DNA of 64,000 nucleotides from the human T2T-CHM13v2.0 reference genome, Homo sapiens, in assembly GCF_009914755.1 (NCBI RefSeq), contig NC_060932.1; one strand, written 5' to 3'. This document shows, piece by piece, positions 25,267-39,400 of the stretch (positions are counted from its first letter, which is position 1; every line of letters starts with the position of its first letter). The position numbers were made by a program, and so were the translations under genes. The notes below the pieces were generated by a model. It was not told the origin of the DNA. It searched no databases and worked only from the letters and a program-made list of their open reading frames with translations.

Positions 25267-25584
25267 GTTTTTTTCTTTCTTCTGAGACATAGTCTTGCTC
25301 TGTCACTCAGGCTGGCGTGACATGATTCATCAGGGCATGATTACTGCTCACTGCAGCCTTGACCTCCTGGGCTCAAACAATCCTCCCACCTCAGCCTCCT
25401 GAGTAGCTGGGACTACAGGTGTGCGCCACCATGCCCAGCTAATTTTTTTTTTTTTTTTTTTTTTTTTTGTAGAGACAAAATCTTGCTCTGTTGCCCAGGT
25501 TGGTCTCCAAATCTTGGCCTCAAGCAATCCTCCTGCCTTAGCCTCCCAAAGTGCTGGGATTACTGGAGTGAGCCACTGCGGCCA
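25267..25584 (-). mobile_element. AluJ
   Basis: ctcactgcagccttgacctcctgggctcaa (J-type); expanded T linker. Confidence 0.9.
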
Positions 25585-26439
25585 GCAATGCATGCTTTTT
25601 AAACAAACAAGCTTTAAATGATTTTCCACAGTTAGAAATTTGAAATTTTTTTACAAATATTCTAATTGCACTTATGACTTAGAAAATTAACCTGGAGTCC
25701 ATTTAAATTTTTGGTATGATATTTCTCATCTTCAATTTTTTTTAAACTTTGTAAGCCCTCTTTAAGAATGCAGAAGAATAGATCATTATGCTTGAAGGCC
25801 CCTTGATGCTGACAAACATCCAACATTTACACCTGTCAAGCAGAGAATGGATTGTGCAAGTGTAGACACCTGAAGACTCTGCCAAAACTAAAATATCTGA
25901 TATAAACAGGTTATTTACAGTCCAAAGGGAACCATCATAATCCTCATTTGTTAACTGAGGACAAGATGTTCTGCCTGGAGCTACCAGTGAATTCCCTGTA
26001 AGCCATTTAGAGAGGTTCTTTGTATATTATATTGTAGAAAATCGACAGAAAGAACGAGACCATTTACAGGAAGGAACTTGGTGCTCATTTGATTTGGATA
26101 CTTTGTGCGTCTCCTGTGGCCTTTGAAATGAAAAATTTCCAGGATTGATTGTGTGTGTGTTTTAACTTCGTAGCACATTCAGTGGACTGTTTTGTAGAGC
26201 AGGTGGTCAGCGCTGTAACACTTATCCGGCCCTGTCTCAGGGACTTTGCATCATCCACTTGGACCTGTTCCCGTGGGTTTCCTGTGGTTCTGTCTTACCC
26301 GGATGTCAGCCCTAGAGTCGCCTACACAGAAGGCTTTGCTGGCCACTTCAGTCACCCCCTTCCTATTTCTCCTGCCCATGGTCACTTATCCCATGACCCT
26401 GCCATGTTCTCTGTGGAACCTAACATCCTCCAAGACAGT

Positions 26440-26600
26440 ACATATTTACTGGAGTATTTGCTTATTTCTTCTCCTCACACTACAACATGAACTTTATAAG
26501 GGCAGTGATTCTGTCCTGTTCAGCACAGAATCCCAGGGATAGACTAAGGCCTGACTCAGAGTACCTGCCCATAATAATTGATGAAGAATTGATTACTAAC
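26440..26600 (+). mobile_element. L2 3' end
   Basis: tacaacatgaactttataagggcagtgattctgtcctgttcagc...gcctgactcagagt. Confidence 0.55.
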
Positions 26601-29600
26601 TGATTCCCACTTAGAGCTAATCAGACCAGATAGCTGTCCCTTTTCCAAGTGGGATATCTTTAAATTATGGATACTTTTCAATTGAGCCTAATATTTTGTA
26701 AAAAAAAAGGAGACTAAAGCTTCCTGTGGCTTAAAAGTGTAAGGTAGCAAACTGGTAGGTCCCTCATCCCCAAAGCTCTGTTAGTCTGTGCCTGCCCAAC
26801 CCTGCTGACTACTGGTCTTTGTTGAAATACCAAAGCCATGCCTAAAGGGCAGAACCTTCTCTGCCTGCAGAAATTGGTCTCTTCTGTTGTGGCTAGGAAA
26901 GGCTCTCCTCTCCTGGTGACAAGGAAGGGCCCCTCTGAAAGCTGGCCTTAGCCCAGTCTGATGTATCATATAAGAGCTTCCCCTTTCAGATGTTACTGCA
27001 AAATACACTTTCTCCAGTCACATCCCTCTCCCATGCCCATTTATACCCGCCAGAGTCATTGGGAGTAGGATGGGTTCCTCCTACTTCCCGGGGTGCCAAA
27101 ACTCTCATAAATGACTGCAAGTTATTTCATGGTCTGGTTGTCATATAAAAACTATGTAGCCTGAGAATTTAATGAACAGATCGAACAGAAAACATAATTA
27201 TATTTCCCCAGTCTCATAACTCTCTGATCAGAAATATCAGCTATAGTTTAATACCACTGAATCCATCCTTTAGGGGAGACAGTTCAGCAAACTGTTAACA
27301 TTTGTTTTACTTTCAACTTTTTATGGCGTTCTACTTACTATATATTTATATTTGGATGGGTAACTCACTGGCCACTTAGAAACAGAATGCTAAGCTTCTT
27401 ATTGGTCAGGATTTGTGAAGAAATGAGATACGTTTCATCCTTGTTTGCACGTGATCTTGCTAGAACATTTGTCTTCTCAAAGTGATCATTTTAAAAAATT
27501 TTGATGTTTTTCTTTCTGAATGAATTGTGATGTTTCATCCATTTTAAAATGCTATACAATAATCAGAATAGCAGGGTACAACATTAAGAAGTTGATATAT
27601 CATGGAAAACATTTCAATTAAAAAGATTTGAATGCATACGTCCTGTCATTGCTAGTCCTTTTTGTTGCCTTTATCAATAAAAATTGTATGGGAATCAGAA
27701 TATTCCTTTCTGAAGAAAACTGGAAGCATTCAGTGAATCTTTAAGCCTTTAGTGGTCTTTAACTGTGGAATGATGATGTCACGATGAACAGAGCAGTTAC
27801 CTCATATGGGGAGTAAATTGCTGACATGATAAAATATAATTTTTCCCTAAGAAAGTAAATATGAGAAGGAGTAAATTGGATACAATTTTTGGAAGCTCAT
27901 TATAAAATAGAAGTTTAATATGTTCTGAGTGGCAAGGAAGAAAAATGTGGCAAAGAAATCAAGCAATTAACAAATAGCTAGGAGCCAATGGTTTGATGAA
28001 TTTAACTAAAATAGTAAAGCATTAAAAATCTGTTTATCTAAGAACATCTTAAAATTAGTGAGTAGGAGGAACGTTGGGTTGAAAATGTATGTCTGTTTTG
28101 TTATGTAGGCAGTGAAAAACATCAAGTGAAAGCCATGACTTTGGGAAGCCAAGTTTAAAATAAAAGCCATTTTGACAGCAATCCAAGTCACTGAGTACAA
28201 CAAAATACTCTTTTAAAGGACTTCTGGGTATCTTTAAAAGTTTATATGCAACTTGTGTGACCAGGTCCTATTGTGAAAGAGGGGAAACATATATATCCAC
28301 AGAGACATTGCTGTTCAGAATCCCTTTTATTAGTAAGAACTAGAAGCTCACGGGATGATTGTAGGTTGCAAAATATTCCTGTCCATGAGTGGGCTGACTT
28401 GTAAGACTATCTTCCTAAACCGAGAAATTTCAAATATAATTTTTTTCTGAAAGATTCAGTGTGATCAATGACATGCAAGTTGAGAACTGAGTGGAATGCA
28501 GTGAAAGACATAGCTTTTAATGGTTCTGTGGAAGGCATGCTAATTACCCCCATAGGAAGTGTGTACGTTCCCTTGAAGCCATGTGTTTGCCTTTAAAAAA
28601 GACTCATATTCATGGGGGCAAATGCTGAGTACCCTCTTGGAAAGTTTTCCTGGTCTGCATTACTCCCTCTGCACCTAGGTATGAGTTTACAAGGTCACTT
28701 TTTCCATTTGTAGTATATTTTATAAAAACTTCTTTGTTATTTTTATAATTTCCCCTTAAGTTTCCAAAATGCTTTTAAGGTTTTTGAATAACAGAAGTCC
28801 TATTAACAAAGCGTATAATTTCTAAGCAGAGAAAGGCAGTCTGCTTCTACTGACAATTTTCCTCATGCTGCATGAACGTCAGAAATCCTCTCTCAATATG
28901 TGCTAGTTCCAGGTTCTCCACAAGCAGAGCAGGTAGGCTACACAGAGTTAATGAGGAAAAAAACGCCTACCCCATTCTTTGTTGGGGATCTGTTATTCTT
29001 CCTAAAATTAGTTGAACTGGTGGTAAAAAGAATGATATTCTGGTCTCAGCTTTATAATTTGTTGGCCAGTTGGCCTTGAGTACATCATTTTATCTCTCCA
29101 AAATTCATGTATTCCTCTGTAAAGTGTGGTAATATTGTGCACCTCTCTGAACTTACAGCAAGGATGAAGTGAAATAATGTGGGTAACATTTTCCTTGAAT
29201 ATGAAAATGTTAATAATAATGATAGTAACCATCACATAGCTCATTTTAAAATTCTTGATCTCATGATGAGAACAGGCACAGCTCTCTCTGGGCAAAGCTA
29301 ACTACAATGCTGTCTGATGCTCAAGGGCTTCAGTAACTGTTCCCCCTTTGAGTGCAATCTGTTAACATGTGCTTAACTTTCAGCTCTATCCTTGATACAA
29401 ACCCTTTTGTAACATCAGAGAGCAGAGGTTTCATACGGGGTAGCCTAAATTTAACTGGCCTATTGGGGGCGGGAATTCTGAGAACGAATTTCCTAGAGAC
29501 TTATGACCACTGTTAGTTTATGACCACTGTGGGGTCACCGTGGTTGAGGTTCAGTAAAGTAAAGCTCTCTGTAACCTAGAGCTGCCCAAGCTTTTCCTTT

Positions 29601-30952
29601 ATTTTGTTTCTAAATAATTGACTGAAAATGAGTTATGTAATTATATGTGATATGCATAAATGTTTAATCATAATGGTATGATTAACAGTAGCCTGTTGAT
29701 TATTCAATATACGGATTATTAGCAAAATTATAAAATAGACTCCAAAGTGTTTAATAACATGTTTGAACAAAAGTGAACAGTATAACCCTAAAAGTAGTCA
29801 TTGAAACTTCAATGACACTATCAGAATTTCTGATCTCAAAATTGTAAAGGTAAGGGGAGAGTGTTAGAATATATTTAATTTGTGACTTCAAACATATGTC
29901 GCTGATGCTTTATTAAAGAGAGAACACTATATTGGAGCTAACTGTTACTAAAAATTGTCAAGTCTTTGGCCACATTGTCAGATCTAATAGGGGACATCTG
30001 AAATTAATGGATCCTCACTGCTATCCTGGGCAGTCTTTGTCTTCTTGGACATGTTGACATTGAGCCACAGGCAGGGTGAATAATGATAGTTCAGGGACAG
30101 TTGGAGTCCTGTGCTCTAGAGGCAGCAAAAGCAATTGAGTCACTTCAAAAAATCTGTGAATCTTCCTGGAAACTGTAATGTCAGATAAGCTAACCAGCTC
30201 TGCAATTTTTTCAGAATTCACGATGGGTCAGAGAGTTCCTGTAAGGGAGACAAAGTGGTCTACGGTGGGCTTCTACCCAATGCAGGTGTCCAGTTTGAGC
30301 CTGAAGATCTGAACTGTTTTTATTAGTTCAGCCTTGCCTTGGTTTCTTTTCTAAAATTTCAGATTCAAGGTGTCCAGATGGCTTGTTACATTGGGGGAAG
30401 GAAAAGCTTAAATCCTGTGAACCACTTGATTTCTAACAAATTGGCTTTCTCAGAGCTTTTAGTTAAAAAAAATTCTTAGTCGAATAAAATAGTTAAGCAC
30501 ATCTCTTCAACAAGTTTCTACAATCTGTCTATAAACAATCACCATTACCACAAAGGGCAAACACCATACCATGCTCAACTAAAGTATCACATAGACCAAT
30601 CATGATTAAGGGCACGAGAATTACAAAGGAAAAGACTAAACTTGGCTATTTTCTATGTCTGCATTGTTGGGGCTCAGAACACAATATCTCAAAGTATGGC
30701 ACCCTGACGTGCTGACTTTGAACTGAAGGACGTTGGAAGGGCCTCGGAAGCAAGTTCTCTCTGAATTTCTCCTGCCCTCTTGTCCCTCTTTTTCCTCCCC
30801 CAGGTGAGTCATAGAAACCAGGATACTTATTCCATGGGTTAAGCCAAAGAAACTAGAATGCCCCTCCCCCTAAGCAAACCATAAAGCCTAGAAAAGTCAT
30901 TCTTTCCCTTTTCCCTTGAAGACTCTCATTCCAGTGGGGTCACTGCCATGTA

Positions 30953-32238
30953 TAAGGTATTTTCAAAAAGTTCATGGAAAATGCATATTGTGAAAAAACA
31001 TGCATGGATTTCAACAATTTTTGCACAAAAATAAAGTCATACTAACTTGTTATAACACATCTGAACAGCCTCTAGTTTGAGGCATGAAGAAGCATAAGAC
31101 AGCTGAAGACAGCCCTTATCAAAGCAACATGAATTCTGTTACAATTGAAGCAAGAACAAACATCAAATTTATGGTGAAGCTCGGTGGAAGAATGACGAAA
31201 TCACTGATGCTTTACAAAAAGTTTATGGGGACAAGTCCCAAAGAAATCAGCAATTTACCTATGGATAATTCATTTAAGGAGGGGCAAGAGGATGTGAAAA
31301 TGAAGCCCACAGCAGCTGGCCATCCATATCAATTTGTGAGGAAAAAATTAATCTTGTGCATGCCCTAATTAAAGAGGACTAGCGATTAACAGTTCAAAAA
31401 ATAGCCAGAACCACAGACATCTCAGTTGGTTCAACTCACACAATTCTGACTGAAAAATTAAAGTTGAGCAAGCTTTCCACCCAATGGGTGCCAAAACTGT
31501 TGTGTCCAGATCAGCTCCTGACAACAGCAGAGCTTTCAATGAAAATTTTATGCAAGTTGGATCAAGATCCTGAAGCATTTCTTTGAAGAATTGTAACAGA
31601 AGATGAAACATGGCTTTACCAGTACCATCCTGAAGACAAAGCACAATCAAAGCAACGGTTACCAAGAGGTGACGGTGGTCTGGTTAAAGCCAAAGTGGAC
31701 CAATCAGGAGTCAAGGTTATGGCAAAAGTTTTGGGGATTCTTGAGGCATTTTGCTTCTTGACTTTCTGGAGGGCTGAAGAAAAATAATAACTACTTGTTC
31801 TTAGAGTGTTTTGAGAAAGCCAAAGCTTTCACAGTAAAACTTCCTGGAAAGCTTCACCAGGGAGTCCTTCTTCACCACAACAATGCTCCTGATCATTCTT
31901 CTCATTAAACAAGGGCAATTTTGCAAGATCTTTGATAGGAATACGTTAGGAATCCATCTTACAGTCTGATTCAGCTCCTTGTGACTTCTTTGCATTTCCT
32001 AATCTCAAAAAATCTTTAAAGGGCACTCATTTTTCTTCAGTTAATAGTGCTAAAATGACTGCATGGGCATGGTTAAATTCCCATGACTCTTAGTTCCTCA
32101 GTGGTGGATTAAGTGGCTGGTATCATCATTTACAAAAGTGTCTTCAATTTGATGGAGCTCATATTGAGAAATAAAGTTTATATTTTTAAATTTTCATCTT
32201 TTAATTCCATTTTTCCATGAACTTTTTGAAGCTCCTCA
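30953..32238 (+). mobile_element. HSMAR2 mariner DNA transposon, near full length (1286 bp)
   Basis: TIR cores ttcaaaaagttcatggaaaa / ttttccatgaactttttgaa; TA on both sides (30951-30952, 32239-32240). Confidence 0.92.
31129..32175 (+). pseudogene. Disrupted HSMAR2 transposase
   Basis: MNSVTIEARTNIKFMVKLG start; WVPK, IVTEDETWLYQY and HHNNAPDHS motifs lie in different frames with frameshifts and stops. Confidence 0.88.
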
Positions 32239-33189
32239 TACTCTGGGGGAAATAGTGCTGTACAAATAGGTCAAGAAGAATCTGAACAGACAGGACTTGC
32301 TGGCTTCCCTCCTCATTCTATTACCAAAAGTTCATACCCTTTTATCCAATCACATTTCCACATAGCTATCCACTTTTCATGACACCTAAGCATAGAAATA
32401 GACAGTTTTCCCTGGGTCTTTTGCTATTCATTTCTGAAGGCTCCTGTGTTACTTTGTGGCAGAGTTTATGTAAACTTTTTGATTCAATAAATTTGTTATG
32501 CTTCACTCTTATTAACCAGTCTGTGGTTATAGGAATGTCAGCTGTGACCCTCGTGATGGGTGAGGAGAGGTATCACACCTTCCTACCCCCTACAGCATCA
32601 AGTGGAAAGGCAAGGCCTCAGACCAAATTCCTGGTGCATGATTCTGTGGGAACTAAATACAATGACCTTATATTTGACTTGAATGATTCACTGACTATGT
32701 CCCTTTTACTCTTTTATTGCTAGTGTCCAGGGGCAAGTAAATCTTTTTTGATGAGTCACCTTTTATAATGCCCAAATTTTACTTAAAAAAATCTTAGTGG
32801 AATTCAATTTAAACAGCACTAAATAATATCATTTAGTTATATTAGCTTAACAAGTATTAACCAACCTAAGTTCCCTAGTTTGGGGATTACCTAACAGTAG
32901 TTAATAGTGGTATGTTAGCTAATCAGTTTTCCCCCAAAATGTTCCATGGCATGCCCAACCACAAGTTGCATGCCTTCGGAGCATTCTGTCCAAAAAAACA
33001 CAAGTTGTACTAGAAACCTTCTTTTTTCTTGTCCTGCTAGTCCAACACAGGTTTTTAAAGGGCAGCTAATCACTAAATCAATACAGAAGTAATTTTTCTT
33101 GCTTAATAATTCTAATCAGGTACAAGCAAAACTTCTAAAATGAATCATAACTTTTACAGGCTACAATAGACAAACAGGTTGACTGGCTG

Positions 33190-33390
33190 GTAGTCTTTGG
33201 GGTCAGAATGACCAGGGTATAAATATTAATTCCCCTACATATAACTGAGCCCCAATTTGTTTATTCGTGAGATGGTCTTAATAGTACCTAGTTTGCAAGG
33301 CTATTGTGAGGATTGAATGAGGACTACTTGCAATAGTGACTGTTACATAGTATGGTGACCAAAATTATAGCTGTTAGTATCATTAATAGC
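33190..33390 (+). mobile_element. MIR SINE
   Basis: ctgagccccaatttgtttattcgtgagatgg...ctattgtgaggattgaatga. Confidence 0.55.
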
Positions 33391-34239
33391 TTAGAATCTA
33401 TTAATATATCTATTATATAAACATATAATATATAGCCCAGTTAATACATCCACTTTCTCCCTGCCTCTATTGTAGATTGCATCCTGGATGTGGCAGACAT
33501 GTACAAGGTTCAGGTCAGCTGTGAGGCCCCAGCAGTCTTTGAGGGCTGGCATTTTAAGTCTCTCACATAAAAAAAGAAACACATAAAACACGAAGTGAAC
33601 TTTGACTGTAGCTGCTGGTTCTCTCTTAACAGAGAAGATAGGGTATTGGCTGAAGAATTCTCTACAGACGGAAAGGACCAAAACATTTTATCAAGTAAAA
33701 AATAATGGTGAAGACAAAAACAGCATCAACTTGGCTTTGAAAACAAATCAATGGAGCATTACATTTTACCATTTTCCCCTCCTCTTAATATGTGCTTATG
33801 CTTATGTGCTTCCATAATGACTTTGCAAATGCGGCACTTTTCAATGTTAATGACAAGTTGAAGTTCAATTTTCAAATAATTCTAAGATTGTAAAATCTCA
33901 TATACAGTCTTACTATTAAGAGATAATACATGTTATTCAAAGGTATAAGCCATTGTTGTTAAAATTTTGTATTTAATATTTTGTTTCCCAGGTTGAGATA
34001 TATGAAAAGTATTTATTATAACCCAATAATGAGTTATCTTATTATTGAAAGTGTTTACATAATCCTTTATATGTACTTGTTTCTAAAATATGTTAGAAGT
34101 GCCTAATCATGATGCCTGACAAATCTGAGAAAAATTATAGAACAAAGTTACAAGAAAAATAAAGATATTGCTAGTTATCTCAATCTATTACAGTATGGAT
34201 AAAATTAATTGTTAAAATGTATTAAGAAAATATTACTGA

Positions 34240-34597
34240 TTTCCAGGGGGAGGGAGAGATGACTAGATGGAGCAGATAAGACATTTAGGCAGTGGAAATA
34301 CTCTGTATGATACTGTAGTGATGGATACATGTGATTATACATTTGCCCAAATCCACAGAATGTAAAACACCAAGAGTAAATAAACCCTGAAGTAAACTAT
34401 GGACTCTGGGAAATAATGATGTGTCAATGGAGGTTCATCAATTGTAACAAATGGCCCAATCTGGCAGGGGAAGTTGATAGTGGGGGAGAATGTGCATGTG
34501 GGGACAGGAAGGGGATATATAGAAAATCTCTGGACCTTCCTTTTAATTTTATTGTGAACTTAAAACTGCTGTAAGAGGAAAGTTTTATTTTTAAAAA
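34240..34597 (+). mobile_element. L1MC 3' end
   Basis: ggcagtggaaatactctgtatgatactgtagtgatggatacatg...taaactatggactctggg. Confidence 0.8.
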
Positions 34598-35279
34598 AGT
34601 ATATGAAGAAATTAGAATATGTCAGGACCTATATGTTTTTGTTTTCCCCACAACATCAAATTAAGCTATATATGAATTGACCTGGATGATGATCTATTTA
34701 CATGGGAGAAAATGATTTATATTATCTAAATTGGAGAATTTCAGTTGACACCTGTTATTTTTTGGTGTGTACCTTCAATCTTCATGTTCATTTTTCCAAC
34801 CGTTATAACATTTTTGCATTTATTTCAATCAAGGATGTCAACAAGGTTGTGTTGTTTGAACTTTCTTTCAATTTTAAAAAATAACAAAATACCTTGCTTT
34901 TCAGTATTCTTTGCAAGTTTACAAAGCATTCTGACATGTTTTGTCTCAAATAACCCTGAATGTTAGAAATTAACAACTCAATAGAAGAGAAAACGCAATC
35001 TCAGTGAGTACATCCAGACACAGGGACAGCGAGGCTAAGACCCATCAAAGATCATATAGTTGGTAAAAGTTTTGGCCAGAACCATAATTATGGATTCTTA
35101 ATTATCAGTAGATAATTTTCCGTTTAAGATTTTTATCTTACATTGATCAGAAACTGACCAAAAAAAATCCTTCTGATAATATTCAATCTTTCCCCCATCT
35201 CCAACGCTTCTAATTAGAGTTTTGCCCATGATTTGAGACAATAAATAAGACTTGACTGTGCTTCATTTTTTCCCCAAAG

Positions 35280-35530
35280 AGTCAGTGTAGAATAATGGGT
35301 AAAAGTATGAATTCTGGAGCAGAGCATGATCACACAGATGTGAATCTAAACTCTGGTTCTACCATCTATGAGTTGTGAGACTTTGGGCAAGTACTTTGTT
35401 GGTTTGTGGCTCAATTTTCTTATCTGACAAGTGGGATGATAATGATTCTTATGAAGGTGAATTAAATGACTTAATACTTACAAACAGCTTAGAAGAGTTC
35501 ATGGCACAATAGTAAACATTATATGTGTGT
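35280..35530 (+). mobile_element. MIR SINE
   Basis: gttgtgagactttgggcaagtact...caaacagcttagaagagttcatggcaca. Confidence 0.7.
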
Positions 35531-35895
35531 TACCAAAAACATTGGTATTTTCTCCTACTTTCTGTTAATCTTTTCCTTCTAAAAAACTATCATTTAGAAG
35601 GTCATTAATGAACATGGGTTGCCAAATTACATTATAACTTTTCATGCTCTGTCTCCTTATTTCCCTCTGAACTGTTCCATCAAGTACTAACGAGCATCCA
35701 TTCTTTGATGGAACATTTACTCTAGTTGGTACCACTTCTTCAATAAGCTTTTACATTATCTTGCTTCTACTACATTTCTGACATTTTCTCAGACTTTCTC
35801 ATTCTGTTCTTCAGCTTTAGGTGTTCTTCTTGGTGAATTATCTGTAATCTTTATTAGATCTTCCCACTCTCATCTTTGGGGAAATTAAAAGAAAT

Positions 35896-36075
35896 TATCT
35901 GTCTATCTATCTGTCTATCTATTTCTCTATCTATGTATCTATTGATAGACCCAGATTCATTTTATTCTAAGATCTTTAGCTGACTATTGGAAACATCTAC
36001 ATGGATATTCTGCCAACATCTTTAAACCTAACATATATCTGTATCTATATCTATGCCTACCAATCTATCTATCTG
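35896..36075. repeat. Degenerate (TCTA)n clusters
   Basis: Two patches visible, 35896-35945 and 36035-36075. Confidence 0.7.
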
Positions 36076-36482
36076 ACCTTTACTTTACAGAGTTGTTCCT
36101 TCTCATGTTTTCTTTACATTTACCAATTGAATAAATATTAATTGAATGAGTATTCAAATGTTAAATTGAATAACACTCATAGACATTTACTCTGGGTTTT
36201 CTCATCTATAAAAACAAAGAATTTGAACTTAGTACACTTTAACACCACTTACAGCATTAAAATTCTCTGTTTATGTGAAAATGAAAAGAAAATGTGTAAT
36301 TTAGAAATAATATACAATTATGGAATTTCTATGAAATTCTAACGAAACTCCTTAAAATCAGTGATAAAGAGAAAAATGTTAAAATTAGATGAGAAAAAAA
36401 TGAACACAGCATACACAATAACAAAGAAAAACAGCAGACTTCTTGCTTGAGACAATGCAAGCAAAAAGACAGTGGAGCAACA

Positions 36483-36560
36483 GGAAGAAAAGAAAGAAAA
36501 AAGATAGAAGGAATGAAGGAAAGTAGGAAGGAAGGAAAGAAGGAAGGAAGAAAAAAAGAG
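36483..36560. repeat. GA-rich (GGAA)n tract
   Basis: Visible directly. Confidence 0.85.
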
Positions 36561-37319
36561 GTTGTCAACATATAATTCTATACTCAGTAAAAATACCTTT
36601 TAAAATAGAAATGAAACACTTTTTCAAATATATAAAAGCTGAAATAATTCCCTACTAGCAGACCTTCAGTACAAGCAATATTAAATAAAATTCTCCACAC
36701 AGAAGGAAAATTATATCATTTGGAAATATAGATAAATGCAGAGAAATGAAGAGCGTATGAAAATGCTAAATATGTAAATAAATATGACTGTGATAATGTG
36801 TCAAAAAAGCCTTTAAATGATTAGTAATGTTTCAACACTGAGTACAACTTTTTATTCAATAAATCAAAGGATTATTTTTCTTATAATCATGAGTAGTAAA
36901 AACAAAAAAGATAATTTCTTTCATAATAAAAAGGGATTTTTGAACACCAAGCTAAGTACTGAAGAAGATTTTAATTCTACTTTTAATGTGGACTCAATGG
37001 CATTATATTTTTCAGTTGATAATAATTTACGTTTTAAATTTATTTTTATACTCTCCTAATTTCTGATCCATACTTGCCTATCTTTTCTCCCTGGATTCTA
37101 ATTTTTCTTTTTGTCTTCTGCCTCAGCTTTTTCATTTATTCTTTCTACTTTCAGTTTTCTCATTCAGTCTATCTTCGTGGCTTCCTTTCTGTTTAGCAAA
37201 ACATTTTGAAAAGAACTTTATATTCTCTTTCTAAAGCTGGTCATAAACTCAACAAACTTAAGAATACTGAGACATGACTTAAATACTTTCTCAAGTGTGA
37301 AATATAAAATTTAATGTTG

Positions 37320-38600
37320 ACCATCAAGCACATATTTATTGAGTACCTACAACGTATTATATTAGATATTTAGGATACCTTGATGAATAAAACAAAGTAA
37401 GTTTCATAAGCTTCTTAATTTTACATTCTAGGGGAAAGGACAGACCATAAACAATAAATATCATAAATTATAAATTATTATTTTACATTAAAAGGTGATA
37501 CAGGCTATGAAAAAAGATTAAAGTAAGGACAAGTAGATGACACTGGGAGGTAAAAGTTGTAGTAGTAAGTGAAGTGATCAGCTTATTCTTTGAAAAGTGA
37601 GATGTGGGGGAAAACTTGAAAATACATGCAGACACAAGGACAGATAGGCAAGGGCCAGGGTCATAAAACAAGAGCATGTCAGAAGTGTCCAAAGGACATC
37701 AAGAAGACCAAGGTGGCTAAAGTAGAGCAATCTGGAGAAGAGCTGCAGGATAGGAGGTCAGAAAAGTAATGATGACCTGGTAATGTAATGCTTTATAGGT
37801 CCCTGAAAAGACTTTTACTCTTTTGTTTTGTTTTTTGTAGATATGGAATCTTGATATTTTGCTCAGGCTGGTCTCAAACTTCTGGCCTCAAAAAATTTTC
37901 CTACCTCAGCCTCCCAAATTGCTGGGATTACAGGTGTGAGCCACTGAGCCTGTACTAAGATTTTAACTTTTTGTGAGTATGATGAGTCCTGGATGAGTTT
38001 TGAGTATAGAAGTGACATGATCTGACATACTTAAAAAAAAAAAATTCTGATAACTTTGTTGAGAATTGATTACAAGTGGCAAAGGGGCAAGAGCAGAACC
38101 AAGAAAACCTTTTGTAATTATTCAAGCAAGAGATACTGGTGGCTTAGACCAAACAGTACCAGGAAGGTGGTGAGAAGTGATTGGATTCTGGGTATATTTT
38201 GAGGGTAGATTCAATGAAACTGACTAATTGATTTTATGTAGGATGTGAGAAATGGAGGGAGAGGGCAATGAAGATGCCAAGATTTATTTGCACAACTGGA
38301 CATACAGAGTTGCCTTCAACCTGAGATGGGAAAGATGAGTTAATTAGATCTCTCTTGGGCATATGAGTGGAAATATCAAGTGGACAATATATCATGCAAG
38401 TCAATAATTTAGGGGAGAAGTCCAAGCTAGAGAGGTAAATTTGGGTATTGTAAGCATATAGATGCTATGTAAAGCCAGAGGCTGGATGGAATCACTATGA
38501 GAGTAAGTGTGGACGGAGATCAGAAACTGCCCAAGAACTAAGCCCTAGAATTCTCCACTGCTAAAAGATCAGAGAGAGAATAAAGAATCTATCAAGGAGG
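37320..38600 (-). mobile_element. L2 (L2a-like) 3' portion, about 1.3 kb
   Basis: catatttattgagtacctac; agtgacatgatctgac; tgagaagtgattggattctgggtatattttgagggtaga. Confidence 0.8.
37820..37952 (-). mobile_element. FLAM / Alu left monomer inside the L2
   Basis: ttttgtagatatgg...gctgggattacaggtgtgagccactg. Confidence 0.85.
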
Positions 38601-38869
38601 TATGATTGTTTTTCTCATTTTTCTACATTTAATCTTTGCAATCAAAGTTTATGCCATATGTAAAAAACATCCCTGCTCCCAGTTTCATGTGGGACCAGTG
38701 CTCCCTTCTTTGGAGCTGTGCAGCTTCAATGGATGATACCATGTGAGACTCCTAGCAACGTGTCCTGTAGGATCCTGGAGATGTTCCTTTCACCACACTG
38801 CCTTATGAGGACAGTCACTGGGGCCATGATGTGGACTCTTGAGATCATTGGCTGTTCAGTGAGACAGAA

Positions 38870-39400
38870 GAGGCTTGCTCACCTCTTATTAGTTCTGTGA
38901 GCAATGCAATCTTCTCAATTTCCTCATCTTTTAAATGGAGATAATAATCCTACCACATACTGGGTTGATGAGAGGATTAAATAAATCAATGAATTAATGT
39001 ATGCCAAGTGCATGTAAAAGAGTGATCACTCAACAAAGAAGCATATCCTTCTCCATGTGGGGCACTGTGTTAGAACTGAGGGTTTGTGTGGACTATAGCA
39101 ATGAGCTCCCTCCACTTCTGGGGCATACATCCTCCACAGGAAGACAAATGGTAAACAAGCAGATGTGACTCATAAAACTCAAAGTGCTACCAAGGAAACA
39201 AATCAGGGGCTGAGATAGAAAAGAGTGAGGGGAAGCTACTTTTCATATTTATTTCATATTTAATTTTCACAGCAATCCTGTGAAGTGGTATTAACAACAC
39301 TGTTTCAAGATGAGGAAGTTGTGGGATGGAACTGTCACATAGCTATCAAGTGGCAGAAGAGGGACTCAAATCCAGATGATCGAATGCTCTCCTGCTGCCT
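38870..39400. mobile_element. Cluster of MIR (+), L2 (-) and MIR (-) fragments
   Basis: ctcaatttcctcatcttttaaatggagataataat; ggcactgtgttagaactgaggg; cacagcaatcctgtgaagtgg...gatgaggaa. Confidence 0.55.

Larger units (their letters stand above)
30665..32594 (+). mobile_element. MER39/MER34-like solo ERV1 LTR split by a mariner
   Basis: TGTTGGGGCTCAGAA ... CCCCCTACA; 4-bp TSD GCAT at 30661-30664 and 32595-32598. Confidence 0.85.

Noticed and set aside
27300-28900. Long AT-rich stretch without obvious repeats, checked for further exons
   Set aside because: No domain-like reading frame with paired splice sites found by eye; conservation cannot be judged here
31084-31368. Possible domesticated or active mariner transposase
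   Set aside because: Frameshifts shortly after FMVKLG; later motifs are broken, and I saw no evidence of an intact frame
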